DNA of 63,493 nucleotides, the filler included, from Octopus bimaculoides (lineage: Eukaryota): NCBI RefSeq assembly GCF_001194135.2. It is 8 parts of 6 records of this genome, joined end to end, with 100 filler letters (N's around TTAATTAATTAA, not from the genome) between each part and the next. Parts side by side here need not be neighbours in the genome. Positions count along the whole stretch, not along the records: positions 1 to 31,596 come from NC_068983.1; 7 more parts are not named here. One strand, given 5' to 3'. Position 1 is the stretch's first letter. The number at the start of each line of letters is the position of its first letter. Below the pieces are notes generated by a model, which was not told the origin of the DNA, did no database searches, and saw only the letters and a program-made list of their open reading frames with translations. Both the position numbers and the translations under genes were made by a program. Positions 11,925 through 25,450 of this stretch are shown here, one piece after another.

Positions 11925-12394
11925 CTAAAGTTAGGTGAAACAGGCATAAAAACATTAAAAAAACAGTCGTCTCATAACAAATAATTTCAAACTCATTATA
12001 CACTTTAAATTTATGTTTAAAATCAACAAAACCAAAACACAAAGAAAATACAGTTTTAAAACAAGTGTATAATTGTTATTTTGTAATTAAAACCAAAATA
12101 TGATTTTAAAAATAGTTCATAAATTTCAAAGCATAATAAAAAAAATCATTAATTTTAAATATAAAATATAACTGTAATAAATATGAAAAATGTACGAAGG
12201 AATTACAACAGGCTCTTCTGTCTAGGTTTCATTTAGCAAAGTTATCTCTTATTTTATTATAAGACCATTCAGCAGCAAAGCTAACTTGAATAATTTACTC
12301 TTGTTCATTGTGGAGTTATATTTTTAAATAATTAAAATGTCATTCTGTAACTGTACTCATTTTTGGAAAGTTAAAACAACCAGTCCAAGAGTGT

Positions 12395-13740
12395 AGTGGG
12401 TGCTTTTTATGTGCTACCAGCACAGGAGCCAGTCAGACGGGCCTGGCATTGATCATGTTCAGATAGTGCTTTTTATGTGCCACTGGCATAGGAGCCAGTC
12501 AGGTATCAACCATGTTTGGATGGTGCTTTTTACATGCTACCTGAACGGGAGCCAGTCAGGGGACACTGGTCACAGCTATGATATTGGTTTTACTTGACTC
12601 AACAGGTCTTCTCAAGCATATCATATCGCCTGATGCATCAAGGGTACTCTTAACTGGGCTGGACATGCATGGCTGCGATCTCACTTTAGTTGCCAGGTAT
12701 TCTCAATCATAGTATATCTCCAAAGGTCTTGGTCTCCTGTCATTGCCTTTGTGAGGCCCAATGTTCGAAGGTCATGCTTCACCACCTTGTCCCATGTTTT
12801 CCTGGGTCTACCTCTTCCACAGGTTCCTTCCATAGTTAGGGAGTGGCATTTCCTCACACAGCTGTCATCATCCATATGTAACACATGACCATACCAACAC
12901 AGACGTCTCTCTTGCACACCACATTCGATGCTTCTGATGCCCAACATTTCTCTCAGGGTAATCACACTCTGTCGTGTATGCACACTGACATTACACATCC
13001 AGCAGATCATACTAGCTTCATTTCTTTCAAGCCTACACATGTCCTCAGCATCATGGCCCATGTTTTACTGCTGTGAAGCATGGCAGTTCACACACATGCA
13101 TCATACAATCTACCTTTCATCCTGAGTGAGAGGCCCTTAGTTGCCAGCAGAAGTAGGAGCTCCCTGAACTTTACCCAGGCTATTCCTGTTCTAGCCACTA
13201 CACTCTCAAAGCACCCTCCCCCACTACAGACTTGGTTGCCTAGGTAGCAGAAGTTATCAACTACTTCTAGTTTTTCCCCCCTGGCATGTGATGGAATCTG
13301 TCTTCTGTACATCTTCAATGTTTATTGCCCCTGTGCAACTGCCACACAAAAACTATCTTTCTGATTAACCTTCCTTTGACATTGCTACACCTTTTATGTG
13401 TCCATAACTTACACTGGGTACATCGTATGGAGTTTCTACCCATGCCTTTTCTACAGATTGAGCAGAGCCATCTACCTGAAGGGGTTTGTGATTTGACAGT
13501 CTTCCTACTTACTTAGGTTTTTGCTAGGTTAACCCTGAGGCCTTTTGATTCTAGACCTTGCTTCCACACTCTAAACTTTGTCTCCAGTTCTGGCAGTGAC
13601 TCGGCTATTAGAGCAAGGTCATCAGCATAGAGGAGCTCCCAAGGGCAACCTGTCCTGAATTTCTGTTATTGCCTGGAGGACGATAATGACTAAGAGGGGG
13701 CTGAGGACTGATCCTTGGTGAACCTTCCCAGTCACAGAAC
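12395..13740 (-). mobile_element. 5'-truncated RTE-clade LINE (RT C-terminus and 3' UTR), decayed
   Basis: RLERNEASMICWMCNVS..RRLCWYGHV..GRGRPRKTWDKVV, and LEVVDNFCYLG upstream. Related fragments at 23380-23720, 26500-27290, and 3' ends at 2890-3020 and 38620-38870. Confidence 0.85.
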
Positions 13741-13965
13741 CAGATTATCCAATATGTCCTTCCTTTCTAAGATAATTGGGTGCAATTTGAGGAAGATTTA
13801 GTTGCTACTTGTAGCAGGTCAAGTGACCCCTAAGAGGCTTCTACATTGGCTCAAATCTTATTTAGTCATTCCTGTCCATCAGTTAAGGTAGGCATGAGAA
13901 GAATATTGGTACTAAACTGTAAAATTTTCAGACAAATACAATGAAAAAAATTTAATTATATTTAC

Positions 13966-14070
13966 CGATAACATGGACATTTTTTCTATCTGCGTTGATC
14001 ATCAGTTTTTTCTGCATTTTGCTGACACCATCTTTTGGGTAAAGTACCATCACACCGAGTGATCCATTAC
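13966..14070 (-). CDS. THNSL1: THNSL1-like exon: (S)NGSLGVMVLYPKDGVSKMQKKLMINADRKNVHVI(G/E)
   Basis: AG/GT boundaries, phase 1 to 1. Matches the YP..GVS..Q region of threonine synthases. Confidence 0.85.
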
Positions 14071-14139
14071 CTTAAAGAATTTATCAGAGTTATTTAAGCA
14101 ACTGTTCAAGACTTGAGTAGTTTAATGTACAAATAACAA

Positions 14140-14915
14140 TTCTTTATACTAAAGGCAAAAGACCTGAAATTTTGGGCAAGGAGGGTGCTAATCGATTATG
14201 TCTACCCCAGTACTCAGATGACACTTATTTCATTGACCCTGAAAAAATGAAAAGCAAAGTTGATCTTGGCAGAATTTGAACTCAGAATATAAAGACATGT
14301 AATGGAATGCTAACAATTCTACAGGTTTGCTGCCTTACAAATAGTGATAATCATTATCATCATCATTTAACATCCGTTGTTCATGCTCGCATGTGTTGAA
14401 CGGTTTGACCAGAGCTGGTAAGCTGAGACTCCAGTCTGATTTGGCATGGTTTCTATGGCTGGATGCCCTTCCTAACACCAACCACTTCAAGAGTGTAACA
14501 GATGCTTTTACATGCCACCGTCATGGGTGCCAGTTGCACGGCACCAGTATCTGCTGCAACTATGGTTTCATTTGGCTTGATGGGTCTTCTCAAGCACAGC
14601 ATATTGCCAAAGTTCTCAGTCATTTGTCATATGATAATAATAATACTAATAGTAATAATAATAATGATAATGATAATAATAATAATAATGATAATAATAA
14701 TGGTTCAAATTTTTTCACAAGGGCAGCAATTTTGGGGGAGGAGATGAGTTGATTACATTGACCCTGGTGTCCAACTGGTACTTATTTTATTGACCCCGAA
14801 AGGATGAAAGGCAAAGTCGACCTTGGCAGAATTTGAACTCAGAACACAACGACGGGTGAAATACTGTTAAGCATTTTGTCTAGTGCACTAATGATTCTGC
14901 CAGCTTGCCACTTTA

Positions 14916-14968
<53 letters not shown>

Positions 14969-15176
14969 NNNNNNNNNNNNNNNNNNNNNNNNNNNNNNNN
15001 NNNNNNNNNNNNNNNNNNNNNNNNNNNNNNNNNNNNNNNNNNNNNNNNNNNNNNNNNNNNNNNNNNNNNNNNNNNNNNNNNNNNNNNNNNNNNNNNNNNN
15101 NNNNNNNNNNNNNNNNNNNNNNNNNNNNNNNGCATTTCGTCCAGCGCACTAACGATTCTGCTAGCTTGCTGCTTTA

Positions 15177-15238
<62 letters not shown>

Positions 15239-15455
15239 GTAATCCTTTCTACTGGAGGCACAAGGTTTCAAATTTGTGGGGAGGAGACTAGTTGATTACA
15301 TTAACCCCAGTGTTTCACTGGTACTTAATTTATTGACTCTGAAAGGATGAAAGGCAAAGTTGACCTCTGCAAAATTTGAACTTATAATGTAGCGACTGGC
15401 GAAATACCTCTAAGCATTTTAACCTGTGTGCTAATAATTCTGCCAGCTCACTGCC

Positions 15456-15457
<2 letters not shown>
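14140..15457 (-). mobile_element. Second nest of same-family SINEs in (AAT)n (about 14140-14340, 14700-14913, 15131-15176, 15243-15457)
   Basis: Same consensus as 491-703; long AAT arrays and an N gap in between. Confidence 0.75.
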
Positions 15458-15488
<31 letters not shown>

Positions 15489-15523
15489 TTTTTTCATTCA
15501 TTGAGACTCATACAAAAACTCAC

Positions 15524-15594
15524 TTTCCAATTTCGAAAATCCGTCTATCACAGCACTTCCAGTATCTCCAGATGTTGCAACAAGAATCACAAAC
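15524..15594 (-). CDS. THNSL1: THNSL1-like exon: (K)FVILVATSGDTGSAVIDGFSKLE
   Basis: Diagnostic ATSGDTGSA motif; acceptor ttttacag, donor GTGAGT; phase 2 to 1. Confidence 0.92.
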
Positions 15595-17014
15595 CTGTAA
15601 AAGATGGTGAAAATGAATGGTTATATTTAACATGTTAATCTAAAGAAAACATTGAATCTTACTGAGAGGATTTTGTCATCCAATATCAAATAAAATTGTT
15701 GATTTTATTAAGTTCAATATTACATTCCAATACATCGAAAATTATATTTCTGAATAATAGAGATTTTAGAAATATTAGATTCATGGAGTTGTTTATACAC
15801 ACACACATATATACCTGATGAGTTGTGGTTCATAGTAAAAAAAAAGAGAGAGAAAAAAAAAGAGCATTCAACTATATAAAATAGAGAGGAAGTATCATAT
15901 AATTCAATGATCATACTTGCAAATAGTTACACATAACTTCAAGTTTCATGTGAGGTTAATAGATTTATACTTTTCAGATGTACAAAATTAGTACTTGGAC
16001 ACAACAAAGCAGGCTACTTTGCCGTGTTCAACTTAAGTCCAAAACTTGTATATCTGATGAGTGTGTGTCTATCAATCTTACACAGAACTTGGAATCAAGT
16101 GTAATTGTTTGTTAGTATGATTATTATTAAGTCATACCACAGAGTAGCAACAATATGTAGAGAAAGACTGATAATTACAATGACAGATTTCAAGATAGAA
16201 TAAACAATGAAGAGAACTGTTTTGATATCTAACATGACAAAGGTAATAAGAATGTTTGAGGAATTACTGTAGTAACAATGTGCCAGATTAAATACATTAT
16301 AGTATGTACATCATCCAATCCCCTGTTTTTGAGTCTAAACCCTGTTAAAACTGCCTTAGTCTAAATTTCATTCTGAAGAGGGACAAAACCCAAAATTGAG
16401 AGGTTGGGAAGTGAATTTTTAACCACACAACCATATATTCTGTGCTTGTCTCTGCTTGAGCAAAGTAGTACAGATGTTAATATTCCTCTTTGACATTATG
16501 ACCACTTACTCTGAGCATGCTTTTTTTAATTAGGAGAAAAAAAACTAGGGAAAGATACTTTTTGATGTCTTAGATTGGTAGAATACTTTACTTGAAGAAC
16601 AGGTAACACTTGGTGGTAGGAAAACCATCCAGTTATAAAATCCTGCATCAAATAATTTTCTGTCCAAACCCATGCTAAATGTTAAAGAAATGATGATGAT
16701 GATGATGATGATAATGATGATGATGATGATCATCATCACCACCACCACCACCACCACCAATGTTTTAATGTTTACTTTTCCATATGTGCACAGGTCAGAT
16801 GGAATTTGTTGAGGTAGATTTTCTGTGACAAGATGCACTTCCTGTTGCCAACCCTCATATGTTTCAAAACCCAGTACTCATTTTAATGACCTTGAAAAAA
16901 TGAAAGGCAAAATTGACTTTAGCAGCATTTGAAGTTAGAATGTAAATGCAGAAGAAATGCTCCTAAGCATTTTGTCTGGCATAATGATGGTTCTACCAGC
17001 TTGCTACCTTAATA

Positions 17015-17074
<60 letters not shown>

Positions 17075-18220
17075 CAGCAGCAGCAGCAGCAATTTACTAT
17101 TTCTGATTTACATCCATTATTTCATGCTTGCATGATTCATTCACTGAAGCAATTGCTTTTACAGCTGCCCTTCCTACTGTTAACCACCCAACCATGCACT
17201 AGTTTTTTAAAAAACTAATTTTTTTTCATGGTTTCTTCAGAATGAAAAAACTGTGTCCATGGTCTTTGCAGGCATTCTGAAACCAGTGAGAGAAAATTAT
17301 TTCAGAATTATTAAAAATATTTTGTCATTAACAGACTTTGTAAATTAATTTTGGCACAGCAAACACGGAATACACAATAAGTATTAAAATATAGAGACGA
17401 AAGATGAACAAGCATTTATATATGGCATAACTTACATTTATAAAAGATGCTGCATAAATGTAAACATAAACATACCTGGCAAAGAAAAAATATAGTTGGA
17501 GGGAATGTGTGGGAGGGGTAGACTAAGGAAGACATGGGACGAAGTGGTGAGAAAGGATCTTCAGATGCTGGGTCTCGCAGAGGAGATAAGACAGGACTGA
17601 GATTTCTAGCAGTTTGCTGTGCTGAAGAAGACACATCAAGCTAAGTAAAATCGTATCAGTCCATGCATACAGGCATGTCTTCTATACATCCCTCACTCAG
17701 CCAAAAGATCCTAGTTTTGCAGGCTTGTGAGGGCTGGTGCCATGTAAAAGTGTCTGTCCCGGTACCATGTAAAAGCACCCATGCCAGTACCAATGCTGGT
17801 GCCACATAAAGGCGTCCATATCAGTGTCATGTAATAGTGCCAATGCTGGTGTCATGTAAAAGTGCCCATGTTGCTGGGGCTGGAAAAGCACCCAGTACAC
17901 TCTCTACAATGGTTAGGAATCCAGCCATAGAGACCATGTCAAAACAGACAAATGAAGTCTGAGCAGCTCTCCAGCTGACCAACTTCTGTCAAACCATCCA
18001 ACCTATGCCAGCATGGAGAACAGACATTAAAGGATGATGATTATAGTTCTTCACAGCTGTTTCAAAAAATTCAGCAACTGGTTAATATATTAAGATAGAC
18101 ATCTTACATGCTAGATTTTTGTTTAGGTAGAATACTAAATAAAATAGCCAAACTTAGCATTTTGATATAGCTAAGATCTAATATATTTAAATGCATTAAA
18201 ATATAGCTTGTTTTACTTAC

Positions 18221-18753
18221 TTTTTATTTTTTAGAGTGTCCTGTTGTACAGCTTCTAAAAATAACTTTGACATCAACTGCAGAGAACAGTCTTTACATGA
18301 TGCTGTTGGACCATGAAATAATTCAAGTATATATTGATTGTCTGTTAAATGTTTTATAGAAATAACATCTTCATTGGAAAAAATCTCATTTTTGTAACTA
18401 TTTTCAATGTATGTATTTAATGTTTGTGGATTTAGATCTGATGGATGAATCCACTGTTCAAGAATCCGCAAGGCAATTTTATTATATGGAAGTCCAACCA
18501 AACGTTTCCACTGACCAGGTGTCAATGCTGGAAAGTTGTGCTCCTCTGCCACAAATAAGCCACCATCTTTTGCAAGTCCACAGACCAAAGTAGTCTTAAA
18601 ATCCATATGACCTTGATGTAGTCCAGATTGTGTAGTGTGTCTTGTAGATACATAACCAAAAGGATTGTCCAATTTGTTAAGGGTCTTAAATATTTTTTCA
18701 CTTATTGAAAATGGATTTTCGTTTTCTTCACATATAATTCTCATGTCATAAAA
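18221..18753 (-). CDS. THNSL1: THNSL1-like exon: linker and threonine synthase N-domain through the PLP-lysine motif
   Basis: FYDMRIIC..YVSTR..GLAKDGGLFV..LELFHGPTASCKDCSLQLM; acceptor aaacag, donor GTAAGT; phase 0 to 2. Confidence 0.92.
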
Positions 18754-20159
18754 CTGTTTATGGAAATATGGATATATATATATATAAGATTTTAGTTATA
18801 TTTTTACTTTTCAAAATTCATGAAATTCAAAAGCATAAAAATAATTACATTGTTAATTAATAGAACAACTTTTTCAAATAAAACGAAAGAGTTAAAATGT
18901 TCAAGAGATAAAACTAAATTAGATTCTTCATTTGTAAATAATAATTACAATTAATAAAAATATTTCAAGAGATGTAGAAGCAAAATAACTGTGGAGTGGA
19001 GGGAACACTAGTCTACTGATAAATAAGGTCAAGAATTCATATTTGTCACAAATACTTTATAGTACCTTTAAGCAGACCACTTAACACCATATATCCATTC
19101 ATTTAATTACTGAATCTAGATACAAGGTCATTTAGGAATGTTATCTATAATAGAAGGTATGAATTTAAAACACCTTTTCAACAGAAAGAAAAAGCATGCT
19201 ACATTTCAATCATACTGGAATCATCATGGTAATGCAAAAGTTCTTCAAGTCAATAGAAAAACTTCTGTATGTATCATAGCTTACAGTAAAACTTTTTACT
19301 CGATAGAAGAAATGTTGAATTTGTTTAATAAGTACAGTAGACAGGAATGAATGCTTTGATAAGTTGATTGTTTAGTCAAATATAATTAAAAGGAGGCAGC
19401 AAATAATTTACTTGTCTCAATTTGTGTTGTATATGTCACATATGTTGAGGTCATTGCTGCATGGGGATAAGTGGAACAGGCCTCAACTAACCCCACTATC
19501 ACAAGTACACCAACACATGAAGTAGGCATGTTTAAACTCAAAAGGAGATAAGGAGTTTGACATTTGAATATGTGTGATAACTTTGCCTGAAAATATTCCA
19601 ATCTTGAGTGAAGAATGAAAGTGCTCGCAAAAACTGAATGTATCATTTTCTAAAGAAACATGGCAGGAATGTGGAGACCCTTCAAAAACATGGATAGGAG
19701 GCTATGTGTTTGAACAAACGTCTTGCAAGGAATAAAGAAAAAATGCCTTATGTTGCACTGGTTGATAAAATGAATGAAGATAATGAGGTCAAAAACAAAA
19801 TCTTGAAACATGTTCGAAGCAAAGATTTTGTCTTGCATGCCCCAAATTGAGAATGCCAGACAATGCTAAAATATGAACACATGAATGTGAGGACATAATA
19901 TTTATTCTGATGACTTCATACAAAAGTGAGAGAACAAAGCATTATCAACAGAAACTCGTGTTTCCTGTTGATTTATCAATCAGCCAGAGTAAATAGAAAG
20001 ACATGGTGTTATAGGAAAGTTGGTTATACATCATTAGATGTATACCTGACTTTCCTATATAAGATTAATGAATATAAACGGGACGCTGTTCTCCAGACTA
20101 TCAACTTAAACAACATTTATTCAGGTGGTAAATATATACATCTTTAGCTTTTGTTGTTA

Positions 20160-20380
20160 CAGCTTCTGATTGTGTGAGCATAGTTGTTGGGACGTTGTTA
20201 TGTAGGTGTAAGCGAGCTGTCGAGTGTAAGCCCGAAAGATGGTGTGAGACAGCAAAAACACGTCCATGCTCAATCGCTGGCCAGCAAGAAAGAGAATGAA
20301 TTGAGCGGGAATGCTTGCTTGTTTAATTCCACGCATGCGTGAGACTACGCATGCGCACGGCGTTACTACAGTGTGAGTCA
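20160..20380. promoter_or_regulatory. CpG-rich island with two GCATGCG (NRF1-like) motifs inside a THNSL1 intron
   Basis: ACGCATGCGT (20331-20340) and ACGCATGCGC (20347-20356) in a locally CpG-rich patch of an otherwise CpG-poor region. Confidence 0.35.
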
Positions 20381-22735
20381 ATAAAGCTTATAGATGACAA
20401 ATCAAATTGACAATCAATCATGCCTAATTGAAGTTACTTGATAAACACTGCATTAGAATTGAAAATTGAAATGATGCCAACATAATTCTTGAATTTTTTT
20501 TTATAACTGGTATGATCCAACATACTCCATAGCATGTACAAACTTATTCCAAGAGGCAGTAAGTTGAAATGTTTAATCTTGAGTCACAAAAATTACATTT
20601 CTTCAGAAATCTCTCTAAGCCTCTGCTGAATGTGTTTGCCAAATTTTATTGCACACATGTAGATGATGCCATAGATTTAACAATATAATCATATGTTGAA
20701 AAACATTTCAGTGAAAGAGTTCCAACTAACCCCAGCTTCCGCCACATAATAACCCTGATTTTCTTGGTTCTCCATTTCGTGATTTTCAAGCATCTAACCA
20801 TAACTAATAATTGGACTTTTAGATTTCTGGTGGATACATTAGTGACACCAGCAACTGTCACTAATGTCTTTTATCAGTAAATTTACTAAACTGGTTAATG
20901 ACAGAAATTATCAAGCTCAGTGTGATATATAAAAATGACAATTTTAATTGTTTACATTTAGAATATAAATGTAAAAGCATTGAGGAATATGCAAAGAAGT
21001 CATTTACCAGTGTATCTTGAAATGAATACAGGTATCAACAATAGTCTGTAATATACTGGGTTAAAAAACCCTCGGATGGAAAAGAGATTGAAAGTTATGG
21101 AGGAGGTGCCAGAGGATTGTATCCCTATAACTTTTCTAAGAATAATGGGCAGAAAAGATAGATGGATGGATATACATATAAGATGTTTTTCTAGACTAGC
21201 AGTAATGTGCAACATTCTTATGTGGCCAATATATAATAAACAATATATAACAAAAGATGGTAGCTTTGAAAAGTAAGGATAAAAATATATATTTTTTAAA
21301 AAGTTACAAACTGAATAACATTGTTTTAACAAAACTAGCAGAAAAACGACCTGGAGAATGGTCTTTCTGCTTAACGATATTATATTAATAAGTATAATAT
21401 AAATATTGCCTCTCAGTATTAATACAGCCTCTGTTGCTAATATATATTTTTTAACAATCTCACTGGCTAAACACAACACCAGGACCTGTTCTGGCAATGA
21501 CTGGGAGATAAGTCACTGCTATCTCTAGCAGTTGAGTGTCCATCATTGAAAAGACCAAAGAAGGTCAGTTCATGTGATCTGGTGGTCTTGGTGCTGGAGG
21601 AAGCAGGGATTTATCTCCCTGCTAGCGATATAAACAAGAGTGTAATTTGTATCAAAAGTCAACCTGAGAGTTTCTCTCATGATATCTACCACAGTATAAT
21701 TTGTTCTAACAGAACATCCACATTTAGGTGGCGATAAATATTACCATAACGATATATATATACTTGATTCCCAATTTGTTTAATTTTTCTGATATACTAC
21801 GTTTAAGTTTGCTTTGTATCAGTTATTCATCCAATGGTACTCATTTGCTCAGTAAATTTAGAGCATAACTACAGAAATATGCCTCAACAAATTTGTGTCC
21901 TCATAACTTTCTGAAAAATGGATATTTATTAATGATAGTTTCTACAAATACATTTCAGGTGATGTAGATTATGATTATATCAGAATTTGGGAGAGGAGTT
22001 TCAGCTAATTCACATGCTTTAATTGTTTCATTATAGTTTTCAGAAAATGGGATTTTTTATGAAATTTTCTACAAATAACTTTCAGATGGTTTAGGTTTAG
22101 ATTACAATTATATAGGAATTTAATGTGAAAAAAGAGTTGGGAGAAAGGATATTTCATGCATCTTGACTTTGTTACCTCATACATTTTGATGATATAGATT
22201 ACAATTATGTTGAAAAACAAAATTGCTTAAGACTCATGTGATACCTGCTGTTTCTAGAATACTAAATAACCACACAGAGTTTGTTTGAGCTGGCAGTTTC
22301 GCTAGCACACCCGACAAAATGCTTAGTGGCATTTCGTCTGTCTTTACATTCTGGGTTCAAATGCTGCTGGGGTTGACTTTTCCTTTCATCCTTTAGGGCT
22401 CGATAAATTAAGTACTATTGAGCACAGGAGTCAATGTAATTGACTTACCCCCTCCCTGGAATTCAAAAGGATAAAATGCAAGGTCAACCTCAGTGGAATT
22501 TGAACTCAGAAAGTGAAGACAGATGAAATGCCGCTAAGTATTTTGCTTGGCATGCTAACAAATCTGCCAGCTTATTGCCTTAGTAATTATTATTATCAAG
22601 ACTCATTTCACACTAAGATTTCATACAATATTTTAGGCTCAAGGTTTAAAGAGGTTTATGAATCTGAGCTAAATCCAAAGATTTTGGTTCTGTTTCTCAC
22701 ACAAGCAACAAAAATAAACACAAGAAAAACAATAC

Positions 22736-23017
22736 CTTTTCATAAAAAGTTCGACGATAGTTGAGAATTTCTTTTAAAACTATTTCTTCCTTGAAATCAC
22801 TTATTCTGTTCACCTTCATTTTGGCCACACGTTTCAAGATGTCTTCTTTGCTGACATCTAGGAAAACCACCACACCACTTTTGGATATTTTGGAGAAACT
22901 TTCAGCATGTAAAGGATTTGAACAAGTGAGTGAAACAACAGCTTGCTGTTTGGTCTCAAAATTCATCATGGCTTTGCCTTCTTCTTTAAGAAAAATCGTT
23001 ATTCCAACTTCAGAAAG
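22736..23017 (-). CDS. THNSL1: THNSL1-like exon: shikimate-kinase-like domain, second part
   Basis: LSEVGITIFLKEEGKAMMNF..SLTCSNPLH..VVFLDV..KMKVNRI..YRRTFYEK; AG/GT boundaries; phase 0 to 0. Confidence 0.9.
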
Positions 23018-23929
23018 CTTAACAAACAAAAGAAGAAAGAAACAAATCTATGAAAGAAGTCAAATTTCAGTTATGTACGCATGCATGTATGTATGTATAT
23101 ATGTATGTATGTTGTCATTATCATCATCATTTAACATCCCTTTTTCATGCTGGCACGGGTTGGATGGTTTGACAAGAACAGACAAGCCAGAGGGCTTCAC
23201 CACATTCTATGTCTACTTTGGCATGGCTTCTACAGCTGGATACCCTTCCTAATGTCAACTACTTAATAGAGTGTACTGTGTACATGCAGATATATATATA
23301 TGCATACACACTTACATATATACACACATACATACAAACATACATACATACATGCATACATACATACAGACATACAGACAGACAGTCAGTGGTTACCTCA
23401 GAGTTAACATATTTAATGCTGATGATCTTGTTCTTATAGCTGAATTACTACCAGAACTAGAGAAGAAATTTTAGACGTGGAAGCATGGCTTAGAATCAAA
23501 GGGGTTAGAGTTAATCTAGCAAAATCCTAAGTCTTAGTAAGTAGGTGAGCAGATAAATCACAGATCACAAATCCCTTCTGGTAGAGGGCCCTGCTCGATC
23601 TGTAGAAAAGGCATAGGTAGAAACTCCATAAGATGTACTCAGTGTAAGCTATGGAAACATAAAAGGTGCAGCGATATCAGAGGAAGGTTGACAAGGAAAA
23701 TAATTTTTCTGTGCACAGGTACAATTAACAAGCAAAGTGAAACTTGGTAGAATTTGAACTCAGAAAGTAAAAGAGCTGAAAGCATTTTGTCCAATGTTTT
23801 AATGATTTTGCTAGCTTGCCATTTTTAAAATGATATTAATTGCTCTGATGGCTCTCATTCACTCCAACTGTTTTTTATAAGGGCATCTTTTATATTTTAT
23901 GTGCTATCCCTTCTGGAAGAAGGGATAGC

Positions 23930-24830
23930 ACCCACAGCCTTTGCTGGTCTTCCAAGACCTAAGGGACTGATGCCATTAAAGTTTCTCTTGGACTGTTGTA
24001 AGGCAATATCTGTAGGAAAAAACATGAGCATGGAGGGAGTTCCAGAGAGCTGACATTGTGGAAAAAAAGGAATGGGTTAGGGTTAGTGTGAGGCTTGGGG
24101 ATTGAGCATGGTAAGGGTGATGAGAAGAGGAGACAGACATGGATCAGGAAAACATAAGTGAAGTTGTATGAGCCCAACCAGCTCTAAAAAGCAGAGATCA
24201 TAGTGGTGCAATAGACAAAAAAGGAGAGAGAGGAAACAAAATGTCTGTGCACCAGAGGCTAGAGTACTTATGGTAGTGTGTGTTGTCCCAATGTAATGTG
24301 ACTAAGAGAATGAACAGCAGATAGGGTGATGATGGAAGAAACTAGAATGTATGCTTAAGGAGTATAAGTGTATGATGATAGAGACAGAGTTAAGCGAGTG
24401 AAGGAATAGAGGAAACTGATGAGAGAGAACAGAGTGGACTTCGCTAAAGTGCCAAGGTGGTAGTGTTAAATTGAGTGTTATTAAGGAGTTTTGCTAGCTG
24501 AGGGAAATTTAACTAATAGTAACTAGAAACAAAGGGAGGTCTGTATTTGTGCTGTTGAAGGAAATAAAGTTGGCATGACTCAATGGAAGGATGCTTTCAA
24601 GGTCTGTGTTTATAGAGTCAGTACAACTTTTGTATGAGGTACTCCTCCATTTTCCTTTTGTATAAGATATTCCTCCATCTTCCTTTTCTATGAGGAAGAC
24701 ATGGGATGATGAAGTCCTGGAGAATGACCCAGGAAGCTGAACCTTTCAGGCAAGATGACAAAAGTCTAAGATACCTGGTGCCTGGCCGTACTCAAGAAGA
24801 CCCATACCCCACAGAAGAAGTGTTAAGACT
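23930..24830 (-). mobile_element. Decayed CR1-type LINE endonuclease-region fragment
   Basis: Purine-rich plus strand; degenerate APE-like coding on the minus strand; similar fragment near 56400-56900. Confidence 0.45.
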
Positions 24831-24867
24831 GATCCTTCTGGCTGTATAAAGCACTCATGTCAGAACC

Positions 24868-25020
24868 ACATAAAAGTGCCCATGTGGTGCCACATAAAAG
24901 CACCTGTGCAGCAACATGTAAAAGCATCTGTGTGGTGCCACATAAAAGCATCTGTGTGGTGCCACATAAAAGCATCTGTGTGGTGCCACATAAAAAAGCG
25001 CCTGTGCGGTGCCACATAAA
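24868..25020 (+). repeat. Minisatellite, ~24-nt unit GTGCCACATAAAAGCATCTGTGTG x ~6, inside an RTE-type 3' UTR
   Basis: Direct inspection; a similar motif array lies at 17740-17895. Confidence 0.8.
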
Positions 25021-25450
25021 GCATCCAACACACTCTGTAAAGTGGTTGGTGTTAGGAAGGGCATCTAGACATAGAAACTATGCTGAATCAGACTGGAGTC
25101 TGGAGCATCCCCCCTCCCTGCCAGCTTGCCAGCTCTAGTCACATCATCCAACCCATGCCTGCCTGGACAATGAACAGTAAAGGATGATGATGTATGTGTA
25201 GGTTACATGCAGATGATGTTTGGCTGTGGAAGATTAGAAAGGAATAAAGGGCAGAATCATATGCATATGAGTTTGTATTGTTAGAAGTAATGGCAAGTAG
25301 ATCATTGTTACATAGGCAGAAGAACACCAGGTACAAAACCGGTAAAATAGTTGGCAATAGGTATGACTGCTGACCCACAGAAACCAATGCTGACAAGAAG
25401 AAATAGGGTTAAATGTTGAGAAAAAATAGAAATAAAGGCATGTTCATTAC

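Noticed and set aside
8006-17295. Isolated plus-strand exon-like segments (8006-8080 GALKFRKKYFTVVF.., 15978 onward, 17251-17295 NEKTVSMVFAGILKP)
   Set aside because: Plausible splice sites but no recognisable protein and no convincing chain; expected by chance in AT-rich DNA.
22761-23252. 163-aa plus-strand ORF
   Set aside because: Antisense shadow of the THNSL1 kinase-domain exon running into a microsatellite.
24868-25020. 24-nt direct-repeat array superficially like CRISPR
   Set aside because: Repeats are contiguous with no unique spacers, lie in a LINE 3' UTR, and there are no cas genes.
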